A stretch of DNA of 64,000 nucleotides, from the NCBI GenBank assembly GCA_965217585.1, contig OZ244561.1:5088001-5152000 (forward strand), written 5' to 3'. Positions 40,172 to 49,959 of this stretch are shown here, in pieces. Within the stretch, counting starts at the first letter, position 1. Every line of letters begins with the position of its first letter. Under the pieces are notes generated by a model. It did not search any database, had not been told where the DNA came from, and saw nothing but the letters and a program-made list of their open reading frames with translations. Origin of the DNA: Candidatus Latescibacterota bacterium (GTDB lineage: Bacteria > Latescibacterota > UBA2968 > UBA8231). A program made the translations under genes and the position numbers.

Positions 40172-41427
40172 CAAACTGCCTTTAGGCTTTGGTGATGTCC
40201 GGCTTCAGTATTGGAGCCGCCATAAGAGCGGCTTTAGTATCATCCCCTTGTGTCGGTGCTTTCTTTGCGCTATGTCTTCTTATATGCACAAAGCGTTCAA
40301 ATATCGGCTGAGACCAACGGCGAAACAGGCCTCGACGTTGGCGGCTCACCTTGAAGAATGCCGGATGCTCTACAACCACTTCGTCGTAGATCGCATCCAA
40401 GCCTACAAAGACCAAGGTGCATCACTTGGCCGCTACGACCAGATCAACCTGTTGCCCTTTCTCAAGACGGATCGTTCCACCCTCGCGCAGGTGCATTCCC
40501 AAGTCTTGCAAAACGTGGCCGTGCGCGTTGACTTGGCCTTTCAAGCCTTCTATCGTCGCTGCAAGGACGGGGGTGAGAAACCCGGATTTCCCCGCTTCAA
40601 AGGCGTAGGCCGCTACGATAGCCTGACCTATCCGCAGGCGACGGCTTTTCGCCTTGACGACAAGGGCTTGCGGCTTGCCAAGATCGGGTGCTTGCGCGGT
40701 GTATGGTCTCGGCCCCTGGAAGGTGTGCCGAAGACCTGCACGATTCACCGCAGTGCGACGGGCAAGTGGTTTGCCACCATCGTCTGCGAGGTGGAAATCC
40801 AACCCTTGCCTAAAAGCGACGAAGTGGTGGGCATCGACGTTGGGCTGGAGCAGTTCGCTACGTTGTCGAACGGCGAGACGGTCAACAATCCTCGGTTCTT
40901 CCGCCAAGACGAAAAAGCGCTGGCGAAGGCTCAACGTAAACTGGACAAGGCTGACAAGGGCTCCCCCGAGCGCCAGAAAGCCCGCAAGGTGGTTGCCCGT
41001 GTCCACGAGCGCATCCGCTATCGGCGGCATGATTTTGTGCATCAGCACGCACGGCGCATCGTCAACCGCTATGGCTTGATCGCCGTCGAAGCGTTGCATG
41101 TCAAGGGCATGGTGCGCAACCGTTGCCTTGCCAAAAGCATTTCGGACGCCGCTTGGTCGCAGTTCCGGCGAGTCCTGTCCTACAAAGCGGAAGAAGCTGG
41201 TAGGCACTTGGTCGCCGTGAGCCCGGCCTATACGTCGCAGGATTGTTCAGCCTGTGGGCATCGCTTGCACAAGGCGCTTTCGGTGCGCCGGCATGTGTGT
41301 CCCTGCTGCGGTTTGGACTGCGACCGAGACGAGAATGCGGCGCGTAACATTTGCAGACTGGGGCTACAGTCTGCGGCGGCGTAACGCTGTCAAGAATCCC
41401 AACTCCTTTAGGATTGGGAGTAGTCAA
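40172..41427 (+). mobile_element. Non-autonomous IS200/IS605-family (IS1341-like) element, tnpB only
   Basis: Left: TTAT|CAAA plus a subterminal hairpin; right: TCCCAA-CTCCTTTAGGA-TTGGGA hairpin ending ...TAGTCAA; no tnpA. Confidence 0.85.
40272..41384 (+). CDS. tnpB: RNA-guided endonuclease TnpB
   Basis: AFKYRLRP, RuvC-I GIDVG, RuvC-II AVEAL, Zn finger CSACG..CPCCG, RuvC-III DRDENAA. Confidence 0.95.
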   Translation: MSSYMHKAFKYRLRPTAKQASTLAAHLEECRMLYNHFVVDRIQAYKDQGASLGRYDQINLLPFLKTDRSTLAQVHSQVLQNVAVRVDLAFQAFYRRCKDGGEKPGFPRFKGVGRYDSLTYPQATAFRLDDKGLRLAKIGCLRGVWSRPLEGVPKTCTIHRSATGKWFATIVCEVEIQPLPKSDEVVGIDVGLEQFATLSNGETVNNPRFFRQDEKALAKAQRKLDKADKGSPERQKARKVVARVHERIRYRRHDFVHQHARRIVNRYGLIAVEALHVKGMVRNRCLAKSISDAAWSQFRRVLSYKAEEAGRHLVAVSPAYTSQDCSACGHRLHKALSVRRHVCPCCGLDCDRDENAARNICRLGLQSAAA

Positions 41428-41468
41428 ATTGCCCGGCGCTGAATTCACCTGTACGGGAGTGTCAACCA

Positions 41469-42548
41469 ATGAAATTCGTCATTCGAGCCGGAGGGGTCGG
41501 CACGCGGCTGTGGCCCTATAGCCGCGTGCGCAAGCCCAAGCAGTTTCACTGCATGGCCGGAGAGCAGACCATGCTCCAAGACGCGGTCGCCCGCATCGAC
41601 GCGATTGCCGCACCGGCTGATGTGTACGTATCGACCGGACGCCCGTTGCGGGCACTGGTGAGCGAGCAGATACCGGCGCTGCCGCTCGAACAGCTAATCG
41701 TCGAGCCGACGTTGCGCAATACCGGGCCGGCCATCGGCTTGGAGTGCGCGCTGTTAGAGGCCCGCCATCCGGGCTGCACGGTCGCCAGCTTGGGATCGGA
41801 CCACTACATAGGTCGGCCCGAGGAATTTTGCCGCTTGTTGCAGGTCGCCGACCAAGCCCTAACCGCCAAGCCCGACTACTTGTTCACGCTTGGGGTCAAG
41901 CCGACGCGCGCCGAGACCGGCTATGGCTACATCCGCCGCGGCTCCATACTGGCGCAGGTGCACGGTACGCCGGTGTACGCGGTCGCCGAGTTCACGGAAA
42001 AGCCTGCCCCAGAACAGGCCGCCGAGTACGCGGCTAGCGGCCATTATTTGTGGAACAGCAACATGTTTGTCTGGAAGGCGGCGACCGTGCTGGAGCTTTT
42101 CGCCCGCTTTGAGCCGGAAATACACGCTGGATTACAGCGCATCCAAGCAGCCGTTGGTACGCCGGAAGAAGAAGCGGTCATCGCCCGCGAGTATCCAAAA
42201 CTCAAGCCGATTTCCATCGACCACGCTTTGGTCGAGCGCGCTCCCAAGGTGGCTACGCTCGAAGCGGATATCGACTGGGGCGACATCGGCTCTTGGGCGG
42301 CGCTGACAGACGTATTGCCGACGGATGCAGCGGGCAATTTGCTGTCGGGCGGGGTGGTGGCGTTGGATGCGGCCCGTTCGACGGTGTACGGGCAGGCCGA
42401 CAAGATCGTGCTGCTACTGGGGGTGGAAGACTTGGTGGTGGTGGATACTGAAGACGCGCTATTGGTGTGTGGGAAGGGGGCGGCTCAGCAGGTGAAAGAC
42501 GCGGTGGACTTGCTAAAAGAAAAGCAGGGGTGCGAGAAGTACCTCTAG
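41469..42548 (+). CDS. manC: Mannose-1-phosphate guanylyltransferase
   Basis: AGGVGTRLWPYSR..PKQF, EPTLRNTGPAI, ETGYGYI, FTEKP, WGDIGSW. Confidence 0.9.
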   Translation: MKFVIRAGGVGTRLWPYSRVRKPKQFHCMAGEQTMLQDAVARIDAIAAPADVYVSTGRPLRALVSEQIPALPLEQLIVEPTLRNTGPAIGLECALLEARHPGCTVASLGSDHYIGRPEEFCRLLQVADQALTAKPDYLFTLGVKPTRAETGYGYIRRGSILAQVHGTPVYAVAEFTEKPAPEQAAEYAASGHYLWNSNMFVWKAATVLELFARFEPEIHAGLQRIQAAVGTPEEEAVIAREYPKLKPISIDHALVERAPKVATLEADIDWGDIGSWAALTDVLPTDAAGNLLSGGVVALDAARSTVYGQADKIVLLLGVEDLVVVDTEDALLVCGKGAAQQVKDAVDLLKEKQGCEKYL

Positions 42549-42695
42549 GTTCATTCTACGTCGAGGATGTAGCGCGCTAGCGGGGAGAGCCGCTGGGCGG
42601 TTGCGGGCCGCAAGTACTCGCGCTGGTTGGTCTGTTGCGGGTGTTCGCGGGCGATAAAGGCGCAGTGTAGGGTGCGGCGGGGATCGCTGCTGTGG
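42540..42695 (+). repeat. 156-bp direct repeat, copy 1 (orphan 3' end of phyH)
   Basis: Matches 48006-48161 except at 42590 and 42605. Confidence 0.95.
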
Positions 42696-42729
42696 ACCGC
42701 ATAGTACCGATATCGGTGCCTTATTTTTC

Positions 42730-44382
42730 CTATACATTCCTCGCCGCCGCGCCGATGTTGTCGCCGCCGCGCCGCTCGAGCAGCCCGTCGAGCCAGTCCG
42801 GGTCCATTTCCGGCACCGAGGAGAGCAGGAGGTCGGTGTACTCGTGGTGCGGGGGGCGGAACATCTCGTCCTTCGGACCCGCTTCGACGACCTTGCCCTC
42901 CTTCATCACCACCACCTCGTCGGCGATCGAGCGCACCGTCGCGAGATCGTGGGTGATGAACATGTACGCGAGGTTCAGATCCTCCTGGAGGCGGTCGAGA
43001 AGCTTCAGAATCCCTTCGGCGACGAGCTGGTCGAGCGCGCTCGTGACCTCGTCGCAGATGATGAACTCGGGATCGGCCGCGAGCGCCCGGGCGATGCCGA
43101 CACGCTGTTTCTGACCCCCGGATAGCTCGGACGGGACGCGGTGGTAGTACTGCGACGGCTCGAGCTCGATCTGGTCGAGGAGCTCCTCCACCCGCTTCTT
43201 CAGGTCCGCGCCGTGCAGCCCCCGGTAGAAGGCCACCGGACGCCCGATGATCTCGCCGATGCGCTTCTTCGGGTTGAGCGCGGTATCGGCCATCTGATAG
43301 ATCATCTGCGCTTGGCGGAGCTGGTCCTTCGAACGTTGCTTGAAGCTCGGCGGCAGGGCTTGGCCGTTGTGCCGTATCTCGCCCCTGGTCGGCGGCAGCA
43401 GGCCGGTGATGCACCGCGCCGCGGTCGATTTGCCCGACCCCGACTCGCCGACCACCGCGACCGTGCGGCCGCGGTGGATATCGAAGGAGATGTCGTCGAG
43501 GACCTTGACGGGGCCGTAGGCGGCGCTGACGCCGCTCACCGAGATCACCGGCGTCTCGCCCGGAGCGGCCAGCGGCTTCTGCTTGCGCTGGAAGCTGCGC
43601 ACCGCCCACAACGACTTGGTGTAATCCTCCCTCGGCGACGAGAGCATGGAGCGGGTGTCGGCCTCTTCGATCTCGTCGCCCTTGAGCAGCACCTTGATGC
43701 GGTCGGCCATCTGCGCAACGACCGCGAGGTCGTGCGTGATGTAGAGCGCGGCGGTGTTGAACTGGTCGACGATGTCGCGGATCGCGGCGAGCACCTCGAT
43801 CTGGGTGGTGACGTCGAGCGCGGTGGTCGGCTCGTCGAAGATGATCAGGTCGGGCCGGCAGCTCATCGCCATCGCGGTCATCGCACGCTGGAGTTGTCCC
43901 CCCGAGACTTGGTGCGGGTAGCGGAAGCCGATCTCCTCGGGGTTGGGCAGGCGCAGGCGCCGGTAGAGATCCATCGCGTCCGCTTCGCTCTCGCGCCGGG
44001 TCCTGATCTTGTGCTGCACCGGCGCCGCGGTGTGCTGGTCGATCAGCTTGTGCGCCGGGTTGAACGACGCGGCCGCCGACTGCGCCACGTAGGCGATGCG
44101 CGCGCCGCGCAGCATGCGCAGGTCCTCTTCGGGGGAGGAGGTCAGCTCCATGCCGTCGAACTCGATGGCGCCGGCGGAGATGCGGCAGCCGTCGCGGGTG
44201 AAGCCCATGGCGGCGAGTCCGATCGTCGATTTGCCGGCGCCGGATTCCCCGATGAGGCCCATCACCTCGCCGCGGTGCAGATCGAGGTCGATGCCGTGCA
44301 CAATCTCGAACCACTTCTCGTCGGCCTGGCCCTTGATCCGCAGGCCCCGGATCTTCAGCAACAAGCTCTTCTCTTCATCCAT
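42730..44382 (-). CDS. Peptide/nickel ABC transporter, fused double ATPase
   Basis: GESGAGKS and GESGSGKS; YPHQVSGGQ; ELSGGQKQR. Confidence 0.93.
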   Translation of the reverse strand: MDEEKSLLLKIRGLRIKGQADEKWFEIVHGIDLDLHRGEVMGLIGESGAGKSTIGLAAMGFTRDGCRISAGAIEFDGMELTSSPEEDLRMLRGARIAYVAQSAAASFNPAHKLIDQHTAAPVQHKIRTRRESEADAMDLYRRLRLPNPEEIGFRYPHQVSGGQLQRAMTAMAMSCRPDLIIFDEPTTALDVTTQIEVLAAIRDIVDQFNTAALYITHDLAVVAQMADRIKVLLKGDEIEEADTRSMLSSPREDYTKSLWAVRSFQRKQKPLAAPGETPVISVSGVSAAYGPVKVLDDISFDIHRGRTVAVVGESGSGKSTAARCITGLLPPTRGEIRHNGQALPPSFKQRSKDQLRQAQMIYQMADTALNPKKRIGEIIGRPVAFYRGLHGADLKKRVEELLDQIELEPSQYYHRVPSELSGGQKQRVGIARALAADPEFIICDEVTSALDQLVAEGILKLLDRLQEDLNLAYMFITHDLATVRSIADEVVVMKEGKVVEAGPKDEMFRPPHHEYTDLLLSSVPEMDPDWLDGLLERRGGDNIGAAARNV

Positions 44383-44388
44383 GAGCTT

Positions 44389-45450
44389 TCACTCCTTCAG
44401 ACCGGAGGAGAGGTGGAGCATCCAGTCCACCACGAGATTGACGGACACCGTCAGCAGCGCGATCGCCGCCGCCGGGATCAGTGGGGTCACCTCGCCGAAC
44501 GAGATGAGAGTCGCGTTCTCACGCACCATGGAGCCCCAGTCCGCGGTCGGCGGCTGGATGCCGAGGCCGAGGAAGGACAGCGCCGAGATGGCCAGGAACA
44601 CGAAGCAGAACCGCAGCCCGAACTCCGCCACCAGCGGTGCCGTCGCGTTCGGCAGGATCTCGCTGACGATCAGGTACCAGGTCTTTTCGCCGCGCAGCCG
44701 CGCAGCCTCGATGTAGTCCATCACAACGATGTTGCCGGCCACCGCCCGGGCGAGCCGGAATACAAGTGGCGAGTAGAGCAGCGCGATGACCAGGATGAGG
44801 TTGACCACGTTGGTGCCGACGATGGTCAGCAGCAGCAGCGCGAACACGAGCTGCGGAATCGCCATCAGCGCGTCGACGATGCGCCCGCAGGTCTGGTCGA
44901 CCCAGCCGCCGAGCGTCGCCGCCATGAGGCCCGTCAGCGACCCCACCAGGAACGCGATGGCGGTGGTGAGCAGCGCAATGCCCACCGTGTTCCGCGCGCC
45001 GTAGATGATGCGGCTGAACATGTCGCGTCCGAGTTGATCGCCGCCGAGCAGCATCATGTCGTCGGCGGGTGCGTAGGAGCTGCCGATCACCTCCGATTCA
45101 CCGTACGGCGCGATCACCGGGGCGAACACCGCCGCCACGACGTAGACGAGGATCACGAACAGACCGAAGGATGCGGTGAGCGGGGCGTTGCGCATGGTCT
45201 TGGCCACATCGCGCGGGAGAGTCTGCACCAGAAACTCGCGGAAGCTGTAGGCGAGGCCCCCGGAGGCGAAGAACAGCCCGATGCCGATCGCGACGGCGCG
45301 TAGCCACTGCTCCCCCCCGAGCAGGCCCATCAGGAACGATGCGAGGGTGAGGCTGAACAACACCATGAAGGCGTCGCGCCGATGATAGTAGGCGGCCAGA
45401 CACGAGGCCGCGATCATGAGCGTGAAGAAGACGATGGCGAAAGTGCTCAT
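44389..45450 (-). CDS. Peptide ABC transporter permease (DppC-like)
   Basis: DQLGRDMFSRIIYGAR, YIEAARLRGE, LSFLGLGIQPPTADWG. Confidence 0.92.
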   Translation of the reverse strand: MSTFAIVFFTLMIAASCLAAYYHRRDAFMVLFSLTLASFLMGLLGGEQWLRAVAIGIGLFFASGGLAYSFREFLVQTLPRDVAKTMRNAPLTASFGLFVILVYVVAAVFAPVIAPYGESEVIGSSYAPADDMMLLGGDQLGRDMFSRIIYGARNTVGIALLTTAIAFLVGSLTGLMAATLGGWVDQTCGRIVDALMAIPQLVFALLLLTIVGTNVVNLILVIALLYSPLVFRLARAVAGNIVVMDYIEAARLRGEKTWYLIVSEILPNATAPLVAEFGLRFCFVFLAISALSFLGLGIQPPTADWGSMVRENATLISFGEVTPLIPAAAIALLTVSVNLVVDWMLHLSSGLKE

Positions 45451-45460
45451 GACGTGGCCC

Positions 45461-46414
45461 TCACTTGGGATGCCGCAGCCGCGGGTTGGAGAGAATCACC
45501 CCCACGTCGGCGATCAGGTTCAGCAGGATGTAGGTCGCGGCAAAGACCAGACAGCATGCCTGCACCACCGGGAAGTCCCGCTTGGTGACGCTGTCGACCA
45601 GCAACTGGCCGACCCCCGGGTACACGAAGACGATTTCGACCAGCACCACGCCGGTGATGAGATAGGCGAGGTTCAGCGCGACCACGTTGATGATGGGGGC
45701 CAGCGCGTTCGGCAGCGCGTGCACCGCGATGACCTTCCAGCGCGGCTCGCCCTTGAGCCGGGCCATCTCGATGTAGGGCGAGGCCAGCAGGGCGATGATT
45801 GCGGCCCGGGTCATGCGCATCATGTGCGCGATCACCACCAGGGTCAGGGTGATGGCGGGCAGCAGGGTGACGAAGACCCGATCGGTGAACGTCATGTCGC
45901 CGGTGACGCTCGATAGCGAGGGAAACCACGAATTCTGGACGGAGAAGAACAGGATGAGGATGTAGCCGAGGAAGAACTCCGGCGACGAGATCGAGGTCAG
46001 CGTGCTCACATTCGCAATCCGATCGAAGACCGATTCGCGGTAGAGCGCCGCCAGCACCCCCAGCACGATCGAGATTGGTATGGAGAACGCTGCCGCTACC
46101 GCGGCGAGGAAGAGAGTGTTCGCGAAACGCGGGATGAGCTGATCGGCCACCGAGCGCTTGTTGGCGAGAGAGACCCCGAAGTCGCCCTGGAGTGCGCCGC
46201 CCAGCCACTCGACGTAACGCGTCGGAGCCGATCGGTCCAGCCCGAGCTCCTCTCGCATCGCTTTGACCGTCTCCGGGGTCGCGGATTGGCCGAGGATCTG
46301 CTGGGCGAGGTCGCCCGGCAGCAGCTCGACCGCCCCGAAGATGATGATCGAGACCACGAGCAGCGTGACGAAGCCAAGTCCAAGCCGCTTGGCCACCAGT
46401 GACAGAACGCCCAT
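45461..46414 (-). CDS. Peptide ABC transporter permease (DppB-like)
   Basis: Start MGVLSLVAKRL; GDFGVS, YIEMARLKG, HALPNA, VEIVFVYPGVG. Confidence 0.92.
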   Translation of the reverse strand: MGVLSLVAKRLGLGFVTLLVVSIIIFGAVELLPGDLAQQILGQSATPETVKAMREELGLDRSAPTRYVEWLGGALQGDFGVSLANKRSVADQLIPRFANTLFLAAVAAAFSIPISIVLGVLAALYRESVFDRIANVSTLTSISSPEFFLGYILILFFSVQNSWFPSLSSVTGDMTFTDRVFVTLLPAITLTLVVIAHMMRMTRAAIIALLASPYIEMARLKGEPRWKVIAVHALPNALAPIINVVALNLAYLITGVVLVEIVFVYPGVGQLLVDSVTKRDFPVVQACCLVFAATYILLNLIADVGVILSNPRLRHPK

Positions 46415-46461
46415 ATGCTCTTCTCCTCCGCGCCGGCCGGCTGTCCGTGCCCGGATGCGGA

Positions 46462-48000
46462 TCAGGCGAACGACCAGCGTTCCATCCAGTGTTCGCCGTC
46501 CAGATCCCAGTTCGAGGCCATCTGCTCCGGCAGGGCGAGCTTGTCGGAGGTGGCAAAGACGTAGGAGGCGAACATGGGGATGATGGTGCCGCCCTCGTCG
46601 CGCACGATCTGCTGCATCTCCGCATACATCATGCGCCGCTTGGCCTCGTCGAGCTCCGCACGGGCCTCGATGAGCATCTTGTTGAACTTCTCGTGTTCCC
46701 ACGCGGCGTCGTTCCAGGGCACCCCGGCCTCGTAGGCAGTCGCGAACATCCAGTCGGCGGTGGGCCGACCGCCCCAGTAGCAGGCACAGAACGGCTTCTT
46801 GTTCCAGACGTTCGACCAGTACCCGTCGTTCGGCTCGCGCACGAGGTTCAGGTTGATGCCCGCCTCCTTGGCGGTCTCCGCGAAGAGCGCGCCTGCGTCG
46901 ACGGCGCCCGCGAAGGCCGCGTCCGCGACGCTCAAGTCCACCGTGAGCGAGTCCATGCCGGCCTGCTTCAGGTAATACTTTGCCTTGTCGGGGTCGTAGG
47001 TGCGTTGCTCCAGGTCCTTGGCGAAGAAGCGCTGTCCCGGGCCGATGGGGTGGTCGTTCCCGACGCCGCCGAAGCCCTGCAGGATCTTCTCCACCATTTC
47101 CTCGCGGTTGATAGCGTGCTTGAGCGCCATGCGCACGTTGTTGTCGCTGAACGGCGCAACGTTGGTGCGCATCGGGAAGGTGTAGTGATGGGTGCCGGCA
47201 ATCGAATGCACCGTGAGTCCCTTGCGGCGCTTGAGCAGGTGCACGGTCTTCAGATCGGCCCGGTCGATGGCGTCGACCCCGCCGGTGATGATGGCGTTGG
47301 TACGGGCGGCCGGATCGGTGATGGTGATCATCTGGATCGCGTCGAAGTGCCCGCGACCCGAGTCCCAGTAGTCCGCGTACTTCTCCAGATCGATGCGCAC
47401 GCCCGGCTCGAAGCTCTTGATCTTGTACGCCCCGGCGCCGATGCCGGACTGCCAGTCGGCCTTGCCGCCTTCGCTCGGCATGATCGGCAGGTGGTAGTCG
47501 CTGACGATGAACGGGAAGTCGGCGTTTCCGGCACTGAGGGTGAAGACCGCCGCGTGCTTGCCGTCGGCCTTGATGTCGGTGACCGGCGAGACGATCGGCT
47601 TGGCGGCGGACTTCGAATCCTCGCCGCGGTGATGGTTGATGGACGCGACGATGTCCTCGGCCGTTACCTCCCGGCCGTTGTGGTAAGTCACGCCCTTGCG
47701 CAACTGGAAGGTCCAGGTCGCGGCGTCCGCCGATGCTTCCCAGCTCTCGGCGAGCTGGCCGACCAGCGAGCCGTCTCCAGCCACTTCGGTCAGATAGTTG
47801 TTGTACCCATGAGTCATGGCGATAGTGAAGCCGTTCTCGTGGGTCGCCGGGTCGAGGCTGTCGTGGGTCCCGCCGTGCCCCTTGCCCATGCGCATGACAC
47901 CGCCTTTCTTGGCGGCGCGGGCGAAGCGGATGGGCAAGGCGAGTGCGGCGGCGCCAGCGGCGCTGGTCTGCAGGAATCTGCGACGGGTTGTTCTGTTCAT
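46462..48000 (-). CDS. ABC substrate-binding protein, family 5, with Tat signal
   Basis: TRRRFLQ twin-arginine motif; LAESWE..TWTFQLRKGVTYHNG. Confidence 0.93.
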   Translation of the reverse strand: MNRTTRRRFLQTSAAGAAALALPIRFARAAKKGGVMRMGKGHGGTHDSLDPATHENGFTIAMTHGYNNYLTEVAGDGSLVGQLAESWEASADAATWTFQLRKGVTYHNGREVTAEDIVASINHHRGEDSKSAAKPIVSPVTDIKADGKHAAVFTLSAGNADFPFIVSDYHLPIMPSEGGKADWQSGIGAGAYKIKSFEPGVRIDLEKYADYWDSGRGHFDAIQMITITDPAARTNAIITGGVDAIDRADLKTVHLLKRRKGLTVHSIAGTHHYTFPMRTNVAPFSDNNVRMALKHAINREEMVEKILQGFGGVGNDHPIGPGQRFFAKDLEQRTYDPDKAKYYLKQAGMDSLTVDLSVADAAFAGAVDAGALFAETAKEAGINLNLVREPNDGYWSNVWNKKPFCACYWGGRPTADWMFATAYEAGVPWNDAAWEHEKFNKMLIEARAELDEAKRRMMYAEMQQIVRDEGGTIIPMFASYVFATSDKLALPEQMASNWDLDGEHWMERWSFA

Positions 48001-48005
48001 GAGGC

Positions 48006-48161
48006 TACCTCTAGGTTCATTCTACGTCGAGGATGTAGCGCGCTAGCGGGGAGAGTCGCTGGGCGGTTGCAGGCCGCAAGTACTCGCGCTGGTTGGTCTG
48101 TTGCGGGTGTTCGCGGGCGATAAAGGCGCAGTGTAGGGTGCGGCGGGGATCGCTGCTGTGG
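48006..48161 (+). repeat. 156-bp direct repeat, copy 2 (3' end of intact phyH)
   Basis: Matches 42540-42695. Confidence 0.95.
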
Positions 48162-48775
48162 TTGCGATACGAACTGTGCCAGAGGTTGCCGTTGAACACG
48201 GCGACCGAGCCGGCGCGGCCCGTCAGATGCACTTGCTCGGGGTGGTCGGCCAAGCGGTCGTCCATGTAGTCGGTGACCCTGCCGGGTTTGCGGTGGCTGC
48301 CAGGGACGCAGCGGGTCGCGCCGTTGTCTTGGGTGAAGTCGTCGAGCATCCACATGGAGTTGACGACGTGATACGGCCCGCCGGGCACGGTGGGCCGTCC
48401 CCAATCCGCGTGCAGGGCTTGTAATCCGCTGCCGGATAGTGGATCGTGCCCATTGAGCGAGTGCAGCTTAAACGGTCGCTGCAAGACGTGGAAGACCGCG
48501 GTCAGCAGCGCTGGCTGTAGGTACACGGCGTCGAAGACAGCCCCCTTGTTGACCAAATCGGCGAGGCGGCGCACGCCCTCTACTTGGGACACCTCAGCGC
48601 CAGCTTTGTCGCCCTCTCTGACAAAGATCGCGTCAAAAGCATGGCGCAACTCGGCCAGCCAGTCGGGCGCGATGACCTCTTCCAAGATGATGAAACCGTT
48701 GGCGTCCAACTCGCCGTATTGCGCGGGCGTCAGCGGCTGGGGGACGAATCCCCGTTGTAACAATTCGATGTCCAA
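48017..48775 (-). CDS. Phytanoyl-CoA dioxygenase (PhyH) family Fe(II)/2OG oxygenase
   Basis: QALHAD, DDFTQDNGATRCVPGSH, LWH..R; TTG start inferred. Confidence 0.88.
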   Translation of the reverse strand: MDIELLQRGFVPQPLTPAQYGELDANGFIILEEVIAPDWLAELRHAFDAIFVREGDKAGAEVSQVEGVRRLADLVNKGAVFDAVYLQPALLTAVFHVLQRPFKLHSLNGHDPLSGSGLQALHADWGRPTVPGGPYHVVNSMWMLDDFTQDNGATRCVPGSHRKPGRVTDYMDDRLADHPEQVHLTGRAGSVAVFNGNLWHSSYRNHSSDPRRTLHCAFIAREHPQQTNQREYLRPATAQRLSPLARYILDVE

Positions 48776-48792
48776 GACGGATTTTCCCTCGC

Positions 48793-49959
48793 TTAGCTGC
48801 CGGCTTGTTGTTGCGCGAATTCGCAAAGGGTGGTCACGCCGCGGTGGATGTGTTCTTCGGAGGCGGCGATGGAGATGCGCACGTGGTCGCGGCACATCTG
48901 GCCGAAGGTGCTGCCCGGGGCCACGGCCACGCGTTGTTCTTTGAGTAGCCGGACGGCGAATTCGCCGGAGTCCATGCCAGCCGCGGAGATGTCGATCATC
49001 AGGTAGATCGCGCCGCCTGGGGTGTAGCGGTACAAGTCGTATTCTCTTAGGACTTGGAGGGCGATGTCGCGGCGGCGAGCATAGGCGCGGCACATGGCGG
49101 CCACGTCGTCTTGCGGGCCGTCGAGCGCGTCGGCGGAGGCCAACTGCGAAAAGCCCGTGCCGCAGGAGATAAAAGGCTCTTGGAGCTTGGTGGCTAGTTC
49201 GATGTACTCGGGATTGGCGCGGGTGAAGCCCACTCGGTAGCCGGTCATGGCGTAGCTTTTGGACATGCCGGAGACGACGATGGCGCGCCCGTCGGCGTCG
49301 TGCGGCAGCGCGCTCTGATGTGGTTGGTCAAAGACGATCTGGCCGTAGATCTCGTCGGACAGCACCCACAAGTTGTGGCGTTGGGCCAAGTCCATGAGCT
49401 GGCGCATTAGCGTCTCGTCGTATACTTGGCCGGTGGGGTTGGAGGGCGTGCAGAGGAGCAGGAGTTTGGTGCGGGGGCTAACTAGGCGGTCGATCTCGTC
49501 GAGGTCGGGCATAAAGTGGTTTTCCGCCCGCAGATTGTAAAAGACGGGTTGGCCGTGGACGATGGAGACGGCCATTTGGTAGTTGGGCCAGCCTGGGTCG
49601 GGCAATAGGACCTCGTCGCCCGGTTCGAGTAGGGCGAGGAAAGCGGTCGCCACGCTCATGACCGCCCCGGGGGTGACGAGGATGTTTTCGCTGGTGGTCG
49701 GCACGCCGGTGCGGCGCTCGAAGTGGCGGGCCGCGGCCGCGCGCAACGCATCGACTCCGGCGTTGGGGACGTACTTGGTGTGGCCGGCGCGCGCGTAGCG
49801 GCAGGTGGCTTCGACAATGGACGCTGGCGTGGCAAAATCGGGTTGGCCCACTTCGAGGTGGATGACCTCGCCCGTCTTCTCGACGTCCCAGGCCAAGTCC
49901 ATGATCTCGCGGATGCCCGAGCGGGGAATGGACGCGGGGATACGGGCGAAAGGCTTCAT
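48793..49959 (-). CDS. PLP-dependent aminotransferase class I/II
   Basis: PSNPTG, SDEIY, SKSYAMTGYRVG. Confidence 0.92.
   Translation of the reverse strand: MKPFARIPASIPRSGIREIMDLAWDVEKTGEVIHLEVGQPDFATPASIVEATCRYARAGHTKYVPNAGVDALRAAAARHFERRTGVPTTSENILVTPGAVMSVATAFLALLEPGDEVLLPDPGWPNYQMAVSIVHGQPVFYNLRAENHFMPDLDEIDRLVSPRTKLLLLCTPSNPTGQVYDETLMRQLMDLAQRHNLWVLSDEIYGQIVFDQPHQSALPHDADGRAIVVSGMSKSYAMTGYRVGFTRANPEYIELATKLQEPFISCGTGFSQLASADALDGPQDDVAAMCRAYARRRDIALQVLREYDLYRYTPGGAIYLMIDISAAGMDSGEFAVRLLKEQRVAVAPGSTFGQMCRDHVRISIAASEEHIHRGVTTLCEFAQQQAGS

Noticed and set aside
42551-44314. 587-aa ORF ending with the same C-terminus as PhyH
   Set aside because: Alternative frame of the ABC ATPase running into the duplicated 156-bp repeat; Arg/Pro-rich nonsense otherwise
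43141-48123. Plus-strand ORFs of 720 and 574 aa
   Set aside because: Shadows of the ABC transporter genes
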